Positions 50,351-59,487 of a stretch of DNA of 64,000 nucleotides are shown here, piece by piece. Source of the DNA: a virus. Lineage: Duplodnaviria > Caudoviricetes. The stretch lies in the IMG/VR virus record IMGVR_UViG_3300042997_000909, positions 1 to 64,000 of that record. One strand, given 5' to 3'. The first letter of the stretch is position 1. Each line of letters begins with the position of its first letter. The position numbers and the translations under genes were made by a program. The notes under the pieces were generated by a model. It saw only the letters and a list, made by a program, of their open reading frames with translations, was not told the origin of the DNA and ran no database searches.

Positions 50351-50542
50351 CTATTTCCATTTCATGTTTGGGTTTGTTTGATAGTTGATGTATGCTTGTG
50401 CAGCTCTCTTACTACCAAAATACCTAATTGCATTTGAATTGGTTTCTTTTACATATAGCCATCTTGTAAAAAAGATGAATACAGTAGTTGAGTATAACAC
50501 TGTATACTTGTTATTCTCAACTTGCTCTAATTTATATTCCAT
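50351..50542 (-). CDS. Hypothetical protein
   Basis: 63 aa; TAACTTTG box upstream at 50572-50579. Confidence 0.6.
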   Translation of the reverse strand: MEYKLEQVENNKYTVLYSTTVFIFFTRWLYVKETNSNAIRYFGSKRAAQAYINYQTNPNMKWK

Positions 50543-50579
50543 AACAATAAATTTATGATGTTTACATTTATCAAAGTTA

Positions 50580-50894
50580 CTACAAACTTTTTGATTTAAA
50601 CTTAGGTGAACATCCTAAATGAATTGACACGCTGAATGAACGTTTGTCATACTCTGATAACTTCAATGCTTTATCATTCATGTACTTCTGTACAATTTCT
50701 TCAAATTTGGCTTCTTCCAGCTCATAATCCATAAAAGGAATCACTAACTGTCCAAATTCATTCTTGTCAGCTTCAGCCATCATTGCATCAAAATCTCCTT
50801 TTGGAGTACTGTTAGCAAAGAGTTCTCTGTAACAGTCAAGCATTGCATTTTCTATACGCTTAGCTTTTGATATTCTTTTTTCAGTGGTTGCCAT
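50580..50894 (-). CDS. Hypothetical protein
   Basis: 104-aa ORF. Confidence 0.65.
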   Translation of the reverse strand: MATTEKRISKAKRIENAMLDCYRELFANSTPKGDFDAMMAEADKNEFGQLVIPFMDYELEEAKFEEIVQKYMNDKALKLSEYDKRSFSVSIHLGCSPKFKSKSL

Positions 50895-50898
50895 AGTG

Positions 50899-51123
50899 TT
50901 ATATTGTTACGTTCATTAAATGCTCTGAGATTGCAGTAATCTCTCTCATTGCTGTCTCGTCATCAACAGTTTGCAAACTTACAATAGTTTGAAACATTAT
51001 CAAACATCCACCAATAAACGCTTTACGCATTTCAGTGTATTGTAAGTCATCTTTTGGTAATGCACCAACACCAAGTGCTTGCATCATTTTGTCAAATTCT
51101 TGATCTACATTGAATGTTGTCAT
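50899..51123 (-). CDS. Hypothetical protein
   Basis: 74-aa ORF. Confidence 0.6.
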   Translation of the reverse strand: MTTFNVDQEFDKMMQALGVGALPKDDLQYTEMRKAFIGGCLIMFQTIVSLQTVDDETAMREITAISEHLMNVTI

Positions 51124-51311
51124 AATACTTTTTTGTTTAAATGTTCAATTACTTTTTCCCAATAACTTTTTGCAAGCATTCTTCCATCTCTAAATGGTGC
51201 TAGTGCATGAGTTGCTTTTGCTGATTTCAAGGATTCTTCCTTTGCTTTGTCAAGACCATGCAGTTTTGCAGCATATTTATACATTTCTTCTGCCTTTTCT
51301 TTTTCTGTCAT
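51120..51311 (-). CDS. Hypothetical protein
   Basis: 63 aa; MTEKEKAEE...YWEKV. Confidence 0.6.
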   Translation of the reverse strand: MTEKEKAEEMYKYAAKLHGLDKAKEESLKSAKATHALAPFRDGRMLAKSYWEKVIEHLNKKVL

Positions 51312-51403
51312 AATCTTAAAATTACTAAATAATTTGCATAGGCATCTTCATAGGTCTTTGCCCATATTCTGTAGCCATCAATGACAAATAGTTGTTTTTC
51401 CAT
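51308..51403 (-). CDS. 31-aa peptide (not in ORF track)
   Basis: MEKQLFVIDGYRIWAKTYEDAYANYLVILRL; start and stop overlap both neighbours. Confidence 0.55.
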   Translation of the reverse strand: MEKQLFVIDGYRIWAKTYEDAYANYLVILRL

Positions 51404-51639
51404 CAGTCTTCTGTTATTAGTGTTAGACCATCATCTTGTGCAGCCATGTCTATAGCAAACCATATTTGCTCCATAGTTGCTTCATTTGTCAGAGCATTGT
51501 TCAACAACGCATGTGCTTGTTCATCATCGTCACAGTTGTAACGATACTGGATGTCATCAATGTGCCATAGATTGTCAACAAAATATCCTTCTCTGCGAAG
51601 GATTTCTTTAGCTTTTGCTACTTGTTCTTCCTGTGTCAT
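51403..51639 (-). CDS. Hypothetical protein
   Basis: 78-aa ORF. Confidence 0.62.
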   Translation of the reverse strand: MTQEEQVAKAKEILRREGYFVDNLWHIDDIQYRYNCDDDEQAHALLNNALTNEATMEQIWFAIDMAAQDDGLTLITED

Positions 51640-51790
51640 TTTGTTCTAAATATTGAATAACATACTTGGCGTAAGATGTAAGTACCTCATGCCCTTGAAA
51701 CTCAAAGGATTCTTTTTCATCCTTGACACTCTTCTCATAAAGAGATTTAAACTCTTCAAAGAGTTCATCAGTAAACTCAAACGTACTCAT
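51608..51790 (-). CDS. Hypothetical protein
   Basis: 60 aa; FEFQGHEVLTSYAKYVIQYL. Confidence 0.62.
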   Translation of the reverse strand: MSTFEFTDELFEEFKSLYEKSVKDEKESFEFQGHEVLTSYAKYVIQYLEQNDTGRTSSKS

Positions 51791-51791
51791 C

Positions 51792-52253
51792 TTATTGAAG
51801 CTGTACAGTTACTGAAATAATAGTTCCCTCTTCATCATAATGAGCATACACAGGATACATTCCATCTCCAAATGCAGTACTAAATGCTAAACCAGCACCC
51901 GTGTGACCCATTTTGAATCTTAGTTCACCATGTCCTTCTTCTGACAAAGTTGCTTGTGCACATGCATTGTAGCTAAATCCACTTTTTGATTTAGGTCTAT
52001 CTGTCACTTCCCAGTCATGCTCTGATATTAGAACATTCATGGTTTTACCATATTCTGGTAACACCTCTTCATAGTTTGCAAAATCCTTTCCATAAGTTAA
52101 GGTTCTACCAGTGTGTTTGTTTTTGTAGACTCTAATGTCTTCAAAATCTTCATTTTCCCATTGAGAATCAATGTAGCATGGATCACAGATCATTAACTGA
52201 CCTGAATCCACAGCAACATGTCCTATGAGAACTTCTGTTACAGTTTCTGCCAT
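51792..52253 (-). CDS. DUF4241-like protein
   Basis: IGHVAVDSGQLMICDPCY...FGDGMYPVYA; family recalled. Confidence 0.55.
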   Translation of the reverse strand: MAETVTEVLIGHVAVDSGQLMICDPCYIDSQWENEDFEDIRVYKNKHTGRTLTYGKDFANYEEVLPEYGKTMNVLISEHDWEVTDRPKSKSGFSYNACAQATLSEEGHGELRFKMGHTGAGLAFSTAFGDGMYPVYAHYDEEGTIISVTVQLQ

Positions 52254-52279
52254 AGCATTTGTTTTTAGTTAATAAAAAA

Positions 52280-52630
52280 GTTAGTGTCTAGTCTTTCCCA
52301 GTGTCAACAGATCTATTCCCTGCAGGCAACCTGTAGCACGGTTTTTAGTTACTCATCGTTTTAGCACCCTCAGATGTAGGGTCAAGCTGAGAACTCATTC
52401 GCATTGTGTTTGGTCTAAATGACCACCAGCTTTCTCAAGGCTGCAATACGTCCAGCATTACTGCTGATATTTTGTTTATACTCCTCAATGTTTTGGAGTC
52501 CAATCTGTTCTTGGTAGTCAACAGATATGCTTTTAACCACTTGATTGCTTGTACTTCATGTCACATAGTTCTATACAAGTATAAAAGATGTGACCTGATT
52601 GACGTGAATACTCTGGTTTGGCGTCTGATT
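52280..52630 (-). ncRNA. Candidate ~350-nt structured RNA of unknown family
   Basis: Largest gap without a convincing gene. Serial hairpins, a GNRA loop, G-U pairs favouring the minus strand, potential pseudoknots. Confidence 0.55.
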
Positions 52631-53043
52631 ATCTTTAATTAGTTAAATCCTTTTCCACAATGCATCATAGCATTGATCTTCTCTCTTTCTAGCCAAGCTA
52701 GATATCTAAATAGTCTCTTCATTTTCCAAAAGTTTTTTAATGGCTTGATTTGCTAAGTACTTGCTACATTTAAACTTCCACACAAGATACTGTTGAATTA
52801 TCTTTTTTGGCATAACCATGTACTCATTGTTGTTAGCTTTAACATCATCAACCATTGCGTTAATTTTAATACTCATATTATTCTGATTTAGTTGATGACT
52901 TTTTACCTGCTGGTTTAGATTTCTCTAAACATTGATTGCAAATCCATACACCAATTTCTTGCATTTCAGATTTGATTTTGTCTAAATGACAAGAGTAACA
53001 TGTCTTTTTTACTTCATTCATCTTAAGAATTTTTGGTATTAGA

Positions 53044-53289
53044 TTACATGCCTGATTTATCTATCAGAACATAAGGAGGAATAATGGTTACTTTAGATCC
53101 ATCACTATTAAAGTAATATATGGTATCACCATTAAAATTAATTGTGTCTGTAAGCCATATAGCATCATGCATTGGATGCAATCCTGATGTTGGTATATAG
53201 ACTTTACCATGTATCTCATACCTGTATTCTTTTGTAATACAAGAAGATATGATAATTATTGTCAAAAGTGCTATTAATACTTGTTTCAT
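53044..53289 (-). CDS. Small lipoprotein
   Basis: MKQVLIALLTIIIISS-C lipobox. Confidence 0.65.
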   Translation of the reverse strand: MKQVLIALLTIIIISSCITKEYRYEIHGKVYIPTSGLHPMHDAIWLTDTINFNGDTIYYFNSDGSKVTIIPPYVLIDKSGM

Positions 53290-53294
53290 TGTTC

Positions 53295-53438
53295 TCAGTT
53301 TTTGTTCTTCCACTCTTTCCAAGTGTCAAAGTCTTGTAACTTTTCTAACATCCATTTAGCACCTGCAATCCAATTGTCTGTCTTGTCTACATTTGGGTCA
53401 GCTAAATTAGCAGCAGCTTCTTTGATTTCTTCTTCCAT
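53295..53438 (-). CDS. 47-aa peptide with an EAA...GAKW motif (not in ORF track)
   Basis: MEEEIKEAAANLADPNVDKTDNWIAGAKWMLEK...; shares the motif with its neighbour. Confidence 0.55.
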   Translation of the reverse strand: MEEEIKEAAANLADPNVDKTDNWIAGAKWMLEKLQDFDTWKEWKNKN

Positions 53439-53440
53439 AA

Positions 53441-53737
53441 CTACTTCTTTTTAAATTTTTCAAACCATTCTTTAAATGTAAAGTGTAAAGGTTGTAAATC
53501 TGACATATCTCCACCCATAGGTAATACTATATGTACATCTACTACACCATCTAAAGAGTTAAACTCTCTTGCAGAATCAAAAGCATTTTTCATATCTTCC
53601 TCACTATACATCTGTTCTTGTTGCCATTTAGCACCATCAACAAATCCATGATAAAAATCATCCTGTGCAGTTTCATATACAGAATTTGTTTTTGAAATTC
53701 TTTCAGCAGCTTCTTCTAATGTTTCTTTTTTTTCCAT
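53441..53737 (-). CDS. Hypothetical protein (ETLEEAAE...GAKWQQE motif)
   Basis: 98-aa ORF. Confidence 0.65.
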   Translation of the reverse strand: MEKKETLEEAAERISKTNSVYETAQDDFYHGFVDGAKWQQEQMYSEEDMKNAFDSAREFNSLDGVVDVHIVLPMGGDMSDLQPLHFTFKEWFEKFKKK

Positions 53738-53738
53738 T

Positions 53739-54170
53739 CTATTCTGATTTAGAAGTTAATGAATCTTTGACAACTTTGCCTCTAAAAGGCTTGATGATTT
53801 TGAATATCTCATAAGCTTCTTCTTCTGCCCATGTGATTATCTCTTCTTCTCTGTCCATATTGTAATCATGTATAAAGAATGACTGATGCATAAGCTCATG
53901 CATGATTAAACCCATTGTAGATACATCATTTTTGCATCTTGTAAGATTGATAAACACATAGCGTTTGTCATCTTTACCATACTCGCCAGATTCTTTTGGT
54001 GCAAAATTACACCATCCTGCAATATATGCACTATCAACTGTGTTGTGTGACGCAGTACAATCTACTATTGATAGACCGTGCATTGCATCAACGTTGTAGT
54101 AATCAAATATATCACAAGGATTATAACTCAGTAAGAGTACATATGTTCCTCTAAATATTGTTATCATCAT
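53739..54170 (-). CDS. Small zincin-motif (HExxH) protein
   Basis: LIMHELMH followed by EEE. Confidence 0.6.
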   Translation of the reverse strand: MMITIFRGTYVLLLSYNPCDIFDYYNVDAMHGLSIVDCTASHNTVDSAYIAGWCNFAPKESGEYGKDDKRYVFINLTRCKNDVSTMGLIMHELMHQSFFIHDYNMDREEEIITWAEEEAYEIFKIIKPFRGKVVKDSLTSKSE

Positions 54171-54364
54171 TTTTTTTCTTTTTTTTCTTCAACGTAACTA
54201 ATAATAAATCCAATAGCAACAAGTGCATTCATGCCAAATGATGCTATGATTTCGTAAATATCCTCATAGACATTTACTGATAGGTGCACATGACCTACCA
54301 TCCAAAATGGTATAGATAAGTTTTGGCTTATCCACACCACTAAGTATTTTAGAAAATGTATCAT
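54167..54364 (-). CDS. Small membrane protein
   Basis: Two hydrophobic stretches in 65 aa. Confidence 0.6.
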   Translation of the reverse strand: MIHFLKYLVVWISQNLSIPFWMVGHVHLSVNVYEDIYEIIASFGMNALVAIGFIISYVEEKKEKK

Positions 54365-54657
54365 AACTTTCTGTACCTTCTTCTTCTTCTGATTCTTTTT
54401 ATGTATGCAAACATACAGTCAAAAATGAAATAGTTTACAAAAGCTAATACTACAAGCATTAACCAACTCCAAAGACATGGATAACAAGCTGGCAAATACA
54501 TTATCACATATCCAGTTGTGCCTAACACTGCAAAAATGTGTACTATAACCATATAATACAACATCCATGTTCTAGTCTCCTTCTTCATTGTTGGTTTTTT
54601 TAGTAGATTGTTTATTACTTTTCTTTTCAATCTTTTTCTTGACTGAAGATTTGTCAT
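54361..54657 (-). CDS. Two-TM membrane protein (start may be 54588)
   Basis: Two hydrophobic segments and an Arg-rich tail. Confidence 0.55.
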   Translation of the reverse strand: MTNLQSRKRLKRKVINNLLKKPTMKKETRTWMLYYMVIVHIFAVLGTTGYVIMYLPACYPCLWSWLMLVVLAFVNYFIFDCMFAYIKRIRRRRRYRKL

Positions 54658-54696
54658 TTGGCTTTTTTCTTTTTGGAGTAGCCACAGTATCTCCTC

Positions 54697-55593
54697 TTAA
54701 AATATGTACCTCGTCTTGTTCCATGGTATAATTTCGTTTTTAAGTTCTTCAAATTCCAATATTCTTTCAGCTTTGTAACCTGATTTGTAGCGCAATGCTG
54801 CTCCACCATACTGAGAAACTTTATCCTCTTGTATATCTGGACGCCACAAAAGCTCCTCACCAGGCAGGTTATGCTGCAGATTATGCTGATGCTTGTCTCT
54901 ACTATGTGTAAGAAAAATTACCTCTGACTTGACGAGATGTTTGTATTTTCTATCTACAAGTCCATCTACACCTTCAAATAAGATTCTATACTCTTCTAAC
55001 CACCCATCTGTAACCACTACAGGGGAAAAGTTTATGTGCACATCGTAACCAGCTTCTATAAAATCATTGATAGCTCTAATTCTGTCAATAATCTTACTTG
55101 TATTTGGCTCCAAAACATCTGCATACTTCTGCGGCATCAAACTAAACCTGATTCTAACCTTGCTTTTAGGGTTAAACTCTAAAAGTTTAGTGTTTACAAA
55201 TTTAGTAGCAAAAGAACCCATAGCAATGTCATGATCTCTAAAAAACTTAAAAATTCTTTCCCAGTCATGATATTTTGCATGAAGCGCAAAGTCCTCATTA
55301 CAGGATATGTCATACGTAATAAACTTCTCATGTGTTTGATTTGGCTTTTCAGTTGTGTCAAACCATGCGTGTGAGTTTATTTCAGTAAGAATATCTGCAA
55401 CACTCTTTGCATCAGCAACTGTTAATCCTTCTGGCTTATGACGTTTCATATAGCAGTAACTGCAATTGTACAAGCAGCCATGACCAAAACTTGGTGAAAT
55501 AAAATCTGTAGATCTACCACTAGGTCTAATGACCATGCTCTTTCTTTCTACGCTCTCTACGAGTTGGTGTTGGGAGCTTTGCTTTTGTTTCAT
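54697..55593 (-). CDS. Spore photoproduct lyase-like radical SAM protein
   Basis: DFISPSFGHGCLYNCSYCYM (CxxxCxxC), FATK, RIRFSLMP, RIRAIN...GY.V..NFSP, LRYK. Confidence 0.82.
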   Translation of the reverse strand: MKQKQSSQHQLVESVERKSMVIRPSGRSTDFISPSFGHGCLYNCSYCYMKRHKPEGLTVADAKSVADILTEINSHAWFDTTEKPNQTHEKFITYDISCNEDFALHAKYHDWERIFKFFRDHDIAMGSFATKFVNTKLLEFNPKSKVRIRFSLMPQKYADVLEPNTSKIIDRIRAINDFIEAGYDVHINFSPVVVTDGWLEEYRILFEGVDGLVDRKYKHLVKSEVIFLTHSRDKHQHNLQHNLPGEELLWRPDIQEDKVSQYGGAALRYKSGYKAERILEFEELKNEIIPWNKTRYIF

Positions 55594-56086
55594 AGTTTGG
55601 ATATTCTTCTTCTGTAAAAAACACTTTTTCTGGAGTAATCTTTAACATCTCTTTCTTAATAGAATGAGCTATATTTACAAGTAAATGATGCATCTCAGTT
55701 GCTTCTGTGCGTATATTTCCAAGTTTTGAACTCTGCTCTGAAGACATGTTTGCAATAGCACTGATACTTGAATAACCAAAATGCAAATTAACCAGCTTTG
55801 AATGAAGAGTAACAACTGCATCAATAAGATGCATTTCTTTTGTTTTGACTTTATCACTCAACTCAGACTTATAAGGATACGCTATCATTGACTTTCTCAT
55901 AAACATATCAAATGCATCCATAATTGCAGGAACCTGATGCATTGTATGAGATTTAAAAATGTCAAAATACTGATTATCATATATTCTAAAGAACATAACC
56001 ATAAACCTCATTACTTCTGGTGGATTAGTCAGCTTAGAAACATCATCAATGTCATACATGTTTACTTCACTTTGTGTATCTTCCAT
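55526..56086 (-). CDS. Hypothetical protein
   Basis: 186-aa ORF. Confidence 0.68.
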   Translation of the reverse strand: MEDTQSEVNMYDIDDVSKLTNPPEVMRFMVMFFRIYDNQYFDIFKSHTMHQVPAIMDAFDMFMRKSMIAYPYKSELSDKVKTKEMHLIDAVVTLHSKLVNLHFGYSSISAIANMSSEQSSKLGNIRTEATEMHHLLVNIAHSIKKEMLKITPEKVFFTEEEYPNYETKAKLPTPTRRERRKKEHGH

Positions 56087-56115
56087 AAATTTAAACTTTT
56101 AAAAGTTAAAGATAT

Positions 56116-56149
56116 AAAATGTAGCTCTTAGTTTTACCCAAGAGCTACA
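56116..56149 (-). terminator. Intrinsic terminator after the vWA gene
   Basis: TGTAGCTCTT/AAGAGCTACA 10-bp stem followed by TTTT. Confidence 0.7.
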
Positions 56150-56152
56150 ATT

Positions 56153-58021
56153 TTACAATGTGACTCTTTCTCTAATCAACTTGTCTACTTTACGCGACAT
56201 GTATCCTACCATTTCTCTTGGTAGATTTTTGATATCTGTCATCTTGATAAAGTAGTCAAACATTTGAGCTGAAGGAACTGACTCCTCTATTGCAATCTGA
56301 ATGACTTGAAACCCAAGATTTTGTGCTTTAGTCACTTTTGCACGAGTATCATTAATGGCTTCTTTACCATTGTAGTCATGTGCAGAAGGCTGACCATCAG
56401 AAAGAACAAACAAAATACCTGGGTTTTCTGTCTGTTTTCTAATACGTTTGGCAGTAGCAAGAATTGCATCACCATCACGGTTATTACTTCTTGCTTCTAC
56501 TGAACCTAATGCATATGTATCTGTATGAGAACCTGGTTCACGATAAACTCTTATTTGAGTTGACCCATAACCTCTCTCATCAGCAGTATGACCATAGATA
56601 TACAGTTTGACATCGCGCATTCCTTTGAATACTTCATTGATAAACACTGCAGCTTCACGCGCTTTGTCTATCTTAGTACCACTCATAGAACCTGACTCAT
56701 CAATAAGAACACCTACACAAATGTCATCAGTCTTTACTTGACCATAACGTTCATATACAGTTGGTACTCTTTGCGCTGCCTCAGCAATCTTGTTGGTATC
56801 TAATCTACCAGAACGCATAGACTTCATAGAAAACTGATAATCTTTGCTTTTGCGTTGAAATAACTTGCGAAGTACAGTAGCTTTTGTTGTATCAATCCTC
56901 TTTAAACAAGACTGATATCTTGCTTTGTTAGAATCAGACTTAATGAAAGTAACACTTCCATCACTAGCAGAACCTTCTTCACTATAATCCATATTAGGCT
57001 TAGTGTTTGTTGGCTCATTAGTCATTTCATCTACAAAGTCATTAAAAGCTGACATTTCTTCTGAGTCACTTTCACTTGATTCATCCTCACCAAAAGTGGC
57101 TTTCATCATTTCTTTGGCAAGTTCATTTATCTCAGACTTATCCATCGTTGAATCGCCAGGAGAACTTCCAGAACCTGAAGGAGATTCACCTTCATTCTCA
57201 TCATCACCATCATCATCACCATCACTTCCTCCACTGCCTGGTGGCTCTTCCTCTTCTTCAACGTACTTGTATACGATATTAGCAAGACTAGAAGCCATAG
57301 AAGAACAGTCGTCTGATGTTTCTGGAATACCACCATGCTTTTTGAGTAATCTCTCAATTTGCTTTAATGGTTTAGCAAACTCATCAAGTTCTTCTTCAGT
57401 CACATTTGCAGGATATCTTAACATCCTTGTGACAAGATCAAGTAATCTTTTCTGAGCTTTCTCTTCTGGACCCACTGGTTCATAGTTCTTGTCATACAAG
57501 TGATCCTTATACTTTTGAACAAACTTTAAGTATCCAGGCAATCTATTAGCCAACTTCTTGTCAATACGCTCAGTATTTAAAATACTAAACATATAATCCT
57601 TCAAAGAAAAGCCAGTTCTACCTGTATTTCTACATGTGACAGATTTACCATACTCACTTGTTGTTTGCATAGAAGCAAGCGCAGCATTTTGAATTGCAGC
57701 ACCATAAAATGCATCTAATATTTCTGGATCTGGATCGCGAAACTTTCCATCCTCATCTTTTAACATGTGGATAGGAATTTGCAAATCTGTATTCTTCTTA
57801 GGTTCAGAAGCTTTATAGTCAAATGTTTTGGGAACTCCAATAACTCTAAACATAGATCCAATCATCTTTGCAGATGTTTGAAGACTATCGCTAGACTTTG
57901 TAAAATAAGAAGAATAACTGCTTCTTCCACTATCCCAATTGAAGAATCTGTTTCTGTTGTCTGTGTATGTATAGGCTTCTTCTTTTCTCCTACCAAACCA
58001 GTCTTTAGCAAATTTGCTCAT
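56153..58021 (-). CDS. vWA-domain protein (CobT/NorD-like partner of MoxR AAA+)
   Basis: SGRLD, LIDESGSM (MIDAS DxSxS), NRDG, LSDGQP; acidic Gly/Ser linker. Confidence 0.85.
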   Translation of the reverse strand: MSKFAKDWFGRRKEEAYTYTDNRNRFFNWDSGRSSYSSYFTKSSDSLQTSAKMIGSMFRVIGVPKTFDYKASEPKKNTDLQIPIHMLKDEDGKFRDPDPEILDAFYGAAIQNAALASMQTTSEYGKSVTCRNTGRTGFSLKDYMFSILNTERIDKKLANRLPGYLKFVQKYKDHLYDKNYEPVGPEEKAQKRLLDLVTRMLRYPANVTEEELDEFAKPLKQIERLLKKHGGIPETSDDCSSMASSLANIVYKYVEEEEEPPGSGGSDGDDDGDDENEGESPSGSGSSPGDSTMDKSEINELAKEMMKATFGEDESSESDSEEMSAFNDFVDEMTNEPTNTKPNMDYSEEGSASDGSVTFIKSDSNKARYQSCLKRIDTTKATVLRKLFQRKSKDYQFSMKSMRSGRLDTNKIAEAAQRVPTVYERYGQVKTDDICVGVLIDESGSMSGTKIDKAREAAVFINEVFKGMRDVKLYIYGHTADERGYGSTQIRVYREPGSHTDTYALGSVEARSNNRDGDAILATAKRIRKQTENPGILFVLSDGQPSAHDYNGKEAINDTRAKVTKAQNLGFQVIQIAIEESVPSAQMFDYFIKMTDIKNLPREMVGYMSRKVDKLIRERVTL

Positions 58022-58043
58022 ATGTTCTAAATTAAATTAATAG

Positions 58044-58075
58044 AAAAGAGAAAGGGACACGAATGTCCCTCTCTC
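58044..58075 (-). terminator. Intrinsic terminator (UUCG loop) between the AAA and vWA genes
   Basis: GAGAGAGGGACA-TTCG-TGTCCCTTTCTC-TTTT. Confidence 0.75.
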
Positions 58076-58112
58076 ATGTTTTCTACATTGCTGATCCTAC
58101 TACAGCATGTTT

Positions 58113-59399
58113 TTAGAACGCAGATACTATGGAAAGTACCTTACTACGCTCAGACACGCCTATACCATCCTCAAACAATGGCATAATAGTAGAAAGCAAT
58201 GCTTTGTCTACCTCAAACCCATCAGACACCAAACTAGCTGCCTGAAGTGTGTGACGAACTGAAATCGCAGAAGATAATTCCTGCTCTTTGTACTGTTTAC
58301 GTATCTCATTGGATACTTTAACGATTGCTGTTGCAGCCTTTTCCTCAACGCCAGTACGTAACATCAAGATTTTAACCTCATCCTCAAGTCTTGGATAATC
58401 AAGCTCAATAGGAAAGAAGCGGTCTAATAACGCTCTATCTATTGCTTGAGTACCAGAATACTCAGAACCAAGGTTAGCGGTTGCAAAAAATACTGTTCCA
58501 TCAGATACAGGAATAGTTCTTTCACAGTCATCGCAAGCGATGTCAACTGGCAAATAACGTCTGCTATCCAAACAAGGAAACAAAATGTTATTTGCAGCAA
58601 GTGGTGAACGATTCAACTCATCTAAAAGAATAATACCTCCAGACTGAATGTGTCCAACAAAAGGAGCATAGTCAAATGCTGAATGCCCTTCTTTGTTGAT
58701 GCGGTGAACACCTAACAATGCAGACTGAGCATCTTGAACTGTACCCATATCTTGAGTATGTAGTTCTTTACCCATAGCTTTTGCTAAGTGCTTAAGAATC
58801 TCTGTTTTACCAGAACCTGTAGGTCCTACTAACAAAGTATTCTCTCCACGTAATACATTACGTACCATCAAGAACCAAATGTCTGGATCAATGTGGAATC
58901 CACAATCCTCACGTTTTGGAACTGGATAGTGAGTGGCAATGGTACGTTTAATGTTTGTACCACTTGGAATCTCTCCTTCCTCAATAGGTTTAACAGCAGT
59001 TTTCTCATCCCAGTCAAATTTGTAACCATACGCTGCAAATTGGTCAGCAATATGTCTTACATCATCAATATTATGTGTACCACTATCCAACATATAGTCA
59101 ATAGCAAAGTCACAAATCTCTTGAATTTTCTCTTCTCCCAATACTGATATAGGAAAAACAGATTTCTCAAAGAATAATGCGTGAACATGTTCTTTCATGA
59201 TATGTAAGTGATCATCTTCTGGGAAGTCATACTCATCTGCCACAAACACTGTTCCTAGTGGAAACTTAGCAAATTCAGCAATAGGACCTGTAATTTTCAA
59301 GTCTTCAATGCTTCTTGTAAGTTTTTTCTCAAACTTTTGTCCAGGAAGTGTTTTCAATTGGTAGCTTGTACCTTCAATAATTGTTTGCAATAGGATCAT
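58113..59399 (-). CDS. MoxR/CobS/NorQ-like AAA+ ATPase
   Basis: GPTGSGKT, LLDELNR, FATAN, ALLDRF, ISVR. Confidence 0.88.
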   Translation of the reverse strand: MILLQTIIEGTSYQLKTLPGQKFEKKLTRSIEDLKITGPIAEFAKFPLGTVFVADEYDFPEDDHLHIMKEHVHALFFEKSVFPISVLGEEKIQEICDFAIDYMLDSGTHNIDDVRHIADQFAAYGYKFDWDEKTAVKPIEEGEIPSGTNIKRTIATHYPVPKREDCGFHIDPDIWFLMVRNVLRGENTLLVGPTGSGKTEILKHLAKAMGKELHTQDMGTVQDAQSALLGVHRINKEGHSAFDYAPFVGHIQSGGIILLDELNRSPLAANNILFPCLDSRRYLPVDIACDDCERTIPVSDGTVFFATANLGSEYSGTQAIDRALLDRFFPIELDYPRLEDEVKILMLRTGVEEKAATAIVKVSNEIRKQYKEQELSSAISVRHTLQAASLVSDGFEVDKALLSTIMPLFEDGIGVSERSKVLSIVSAF

Positions 59400-59487
59400 T
59401 GTGTCTTATTTAAAAGATTAATAAAAAAATTCATAGCAGTACTTAACTGCAACTTGTCAAAATACTCAATTTGAGTTAGTAAGATTG

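Noticed and set aside
52280-52630. tmRNA, tRNA or the + strand ORF 52406-52642
   Set aside because: No GGGG 5' end, T-arm or CCA acceptor end. The + ORF has a non-ATG start, opposes all neighbours and has no recognisable features.
56153-59399. Cobalamin biosynthesis role (cobS/cobT) supporting the B12-dependent RNR
   Set aside because: No cobN or other cob genes in the window; the motifs only support a generic MoxR/vWA pair.
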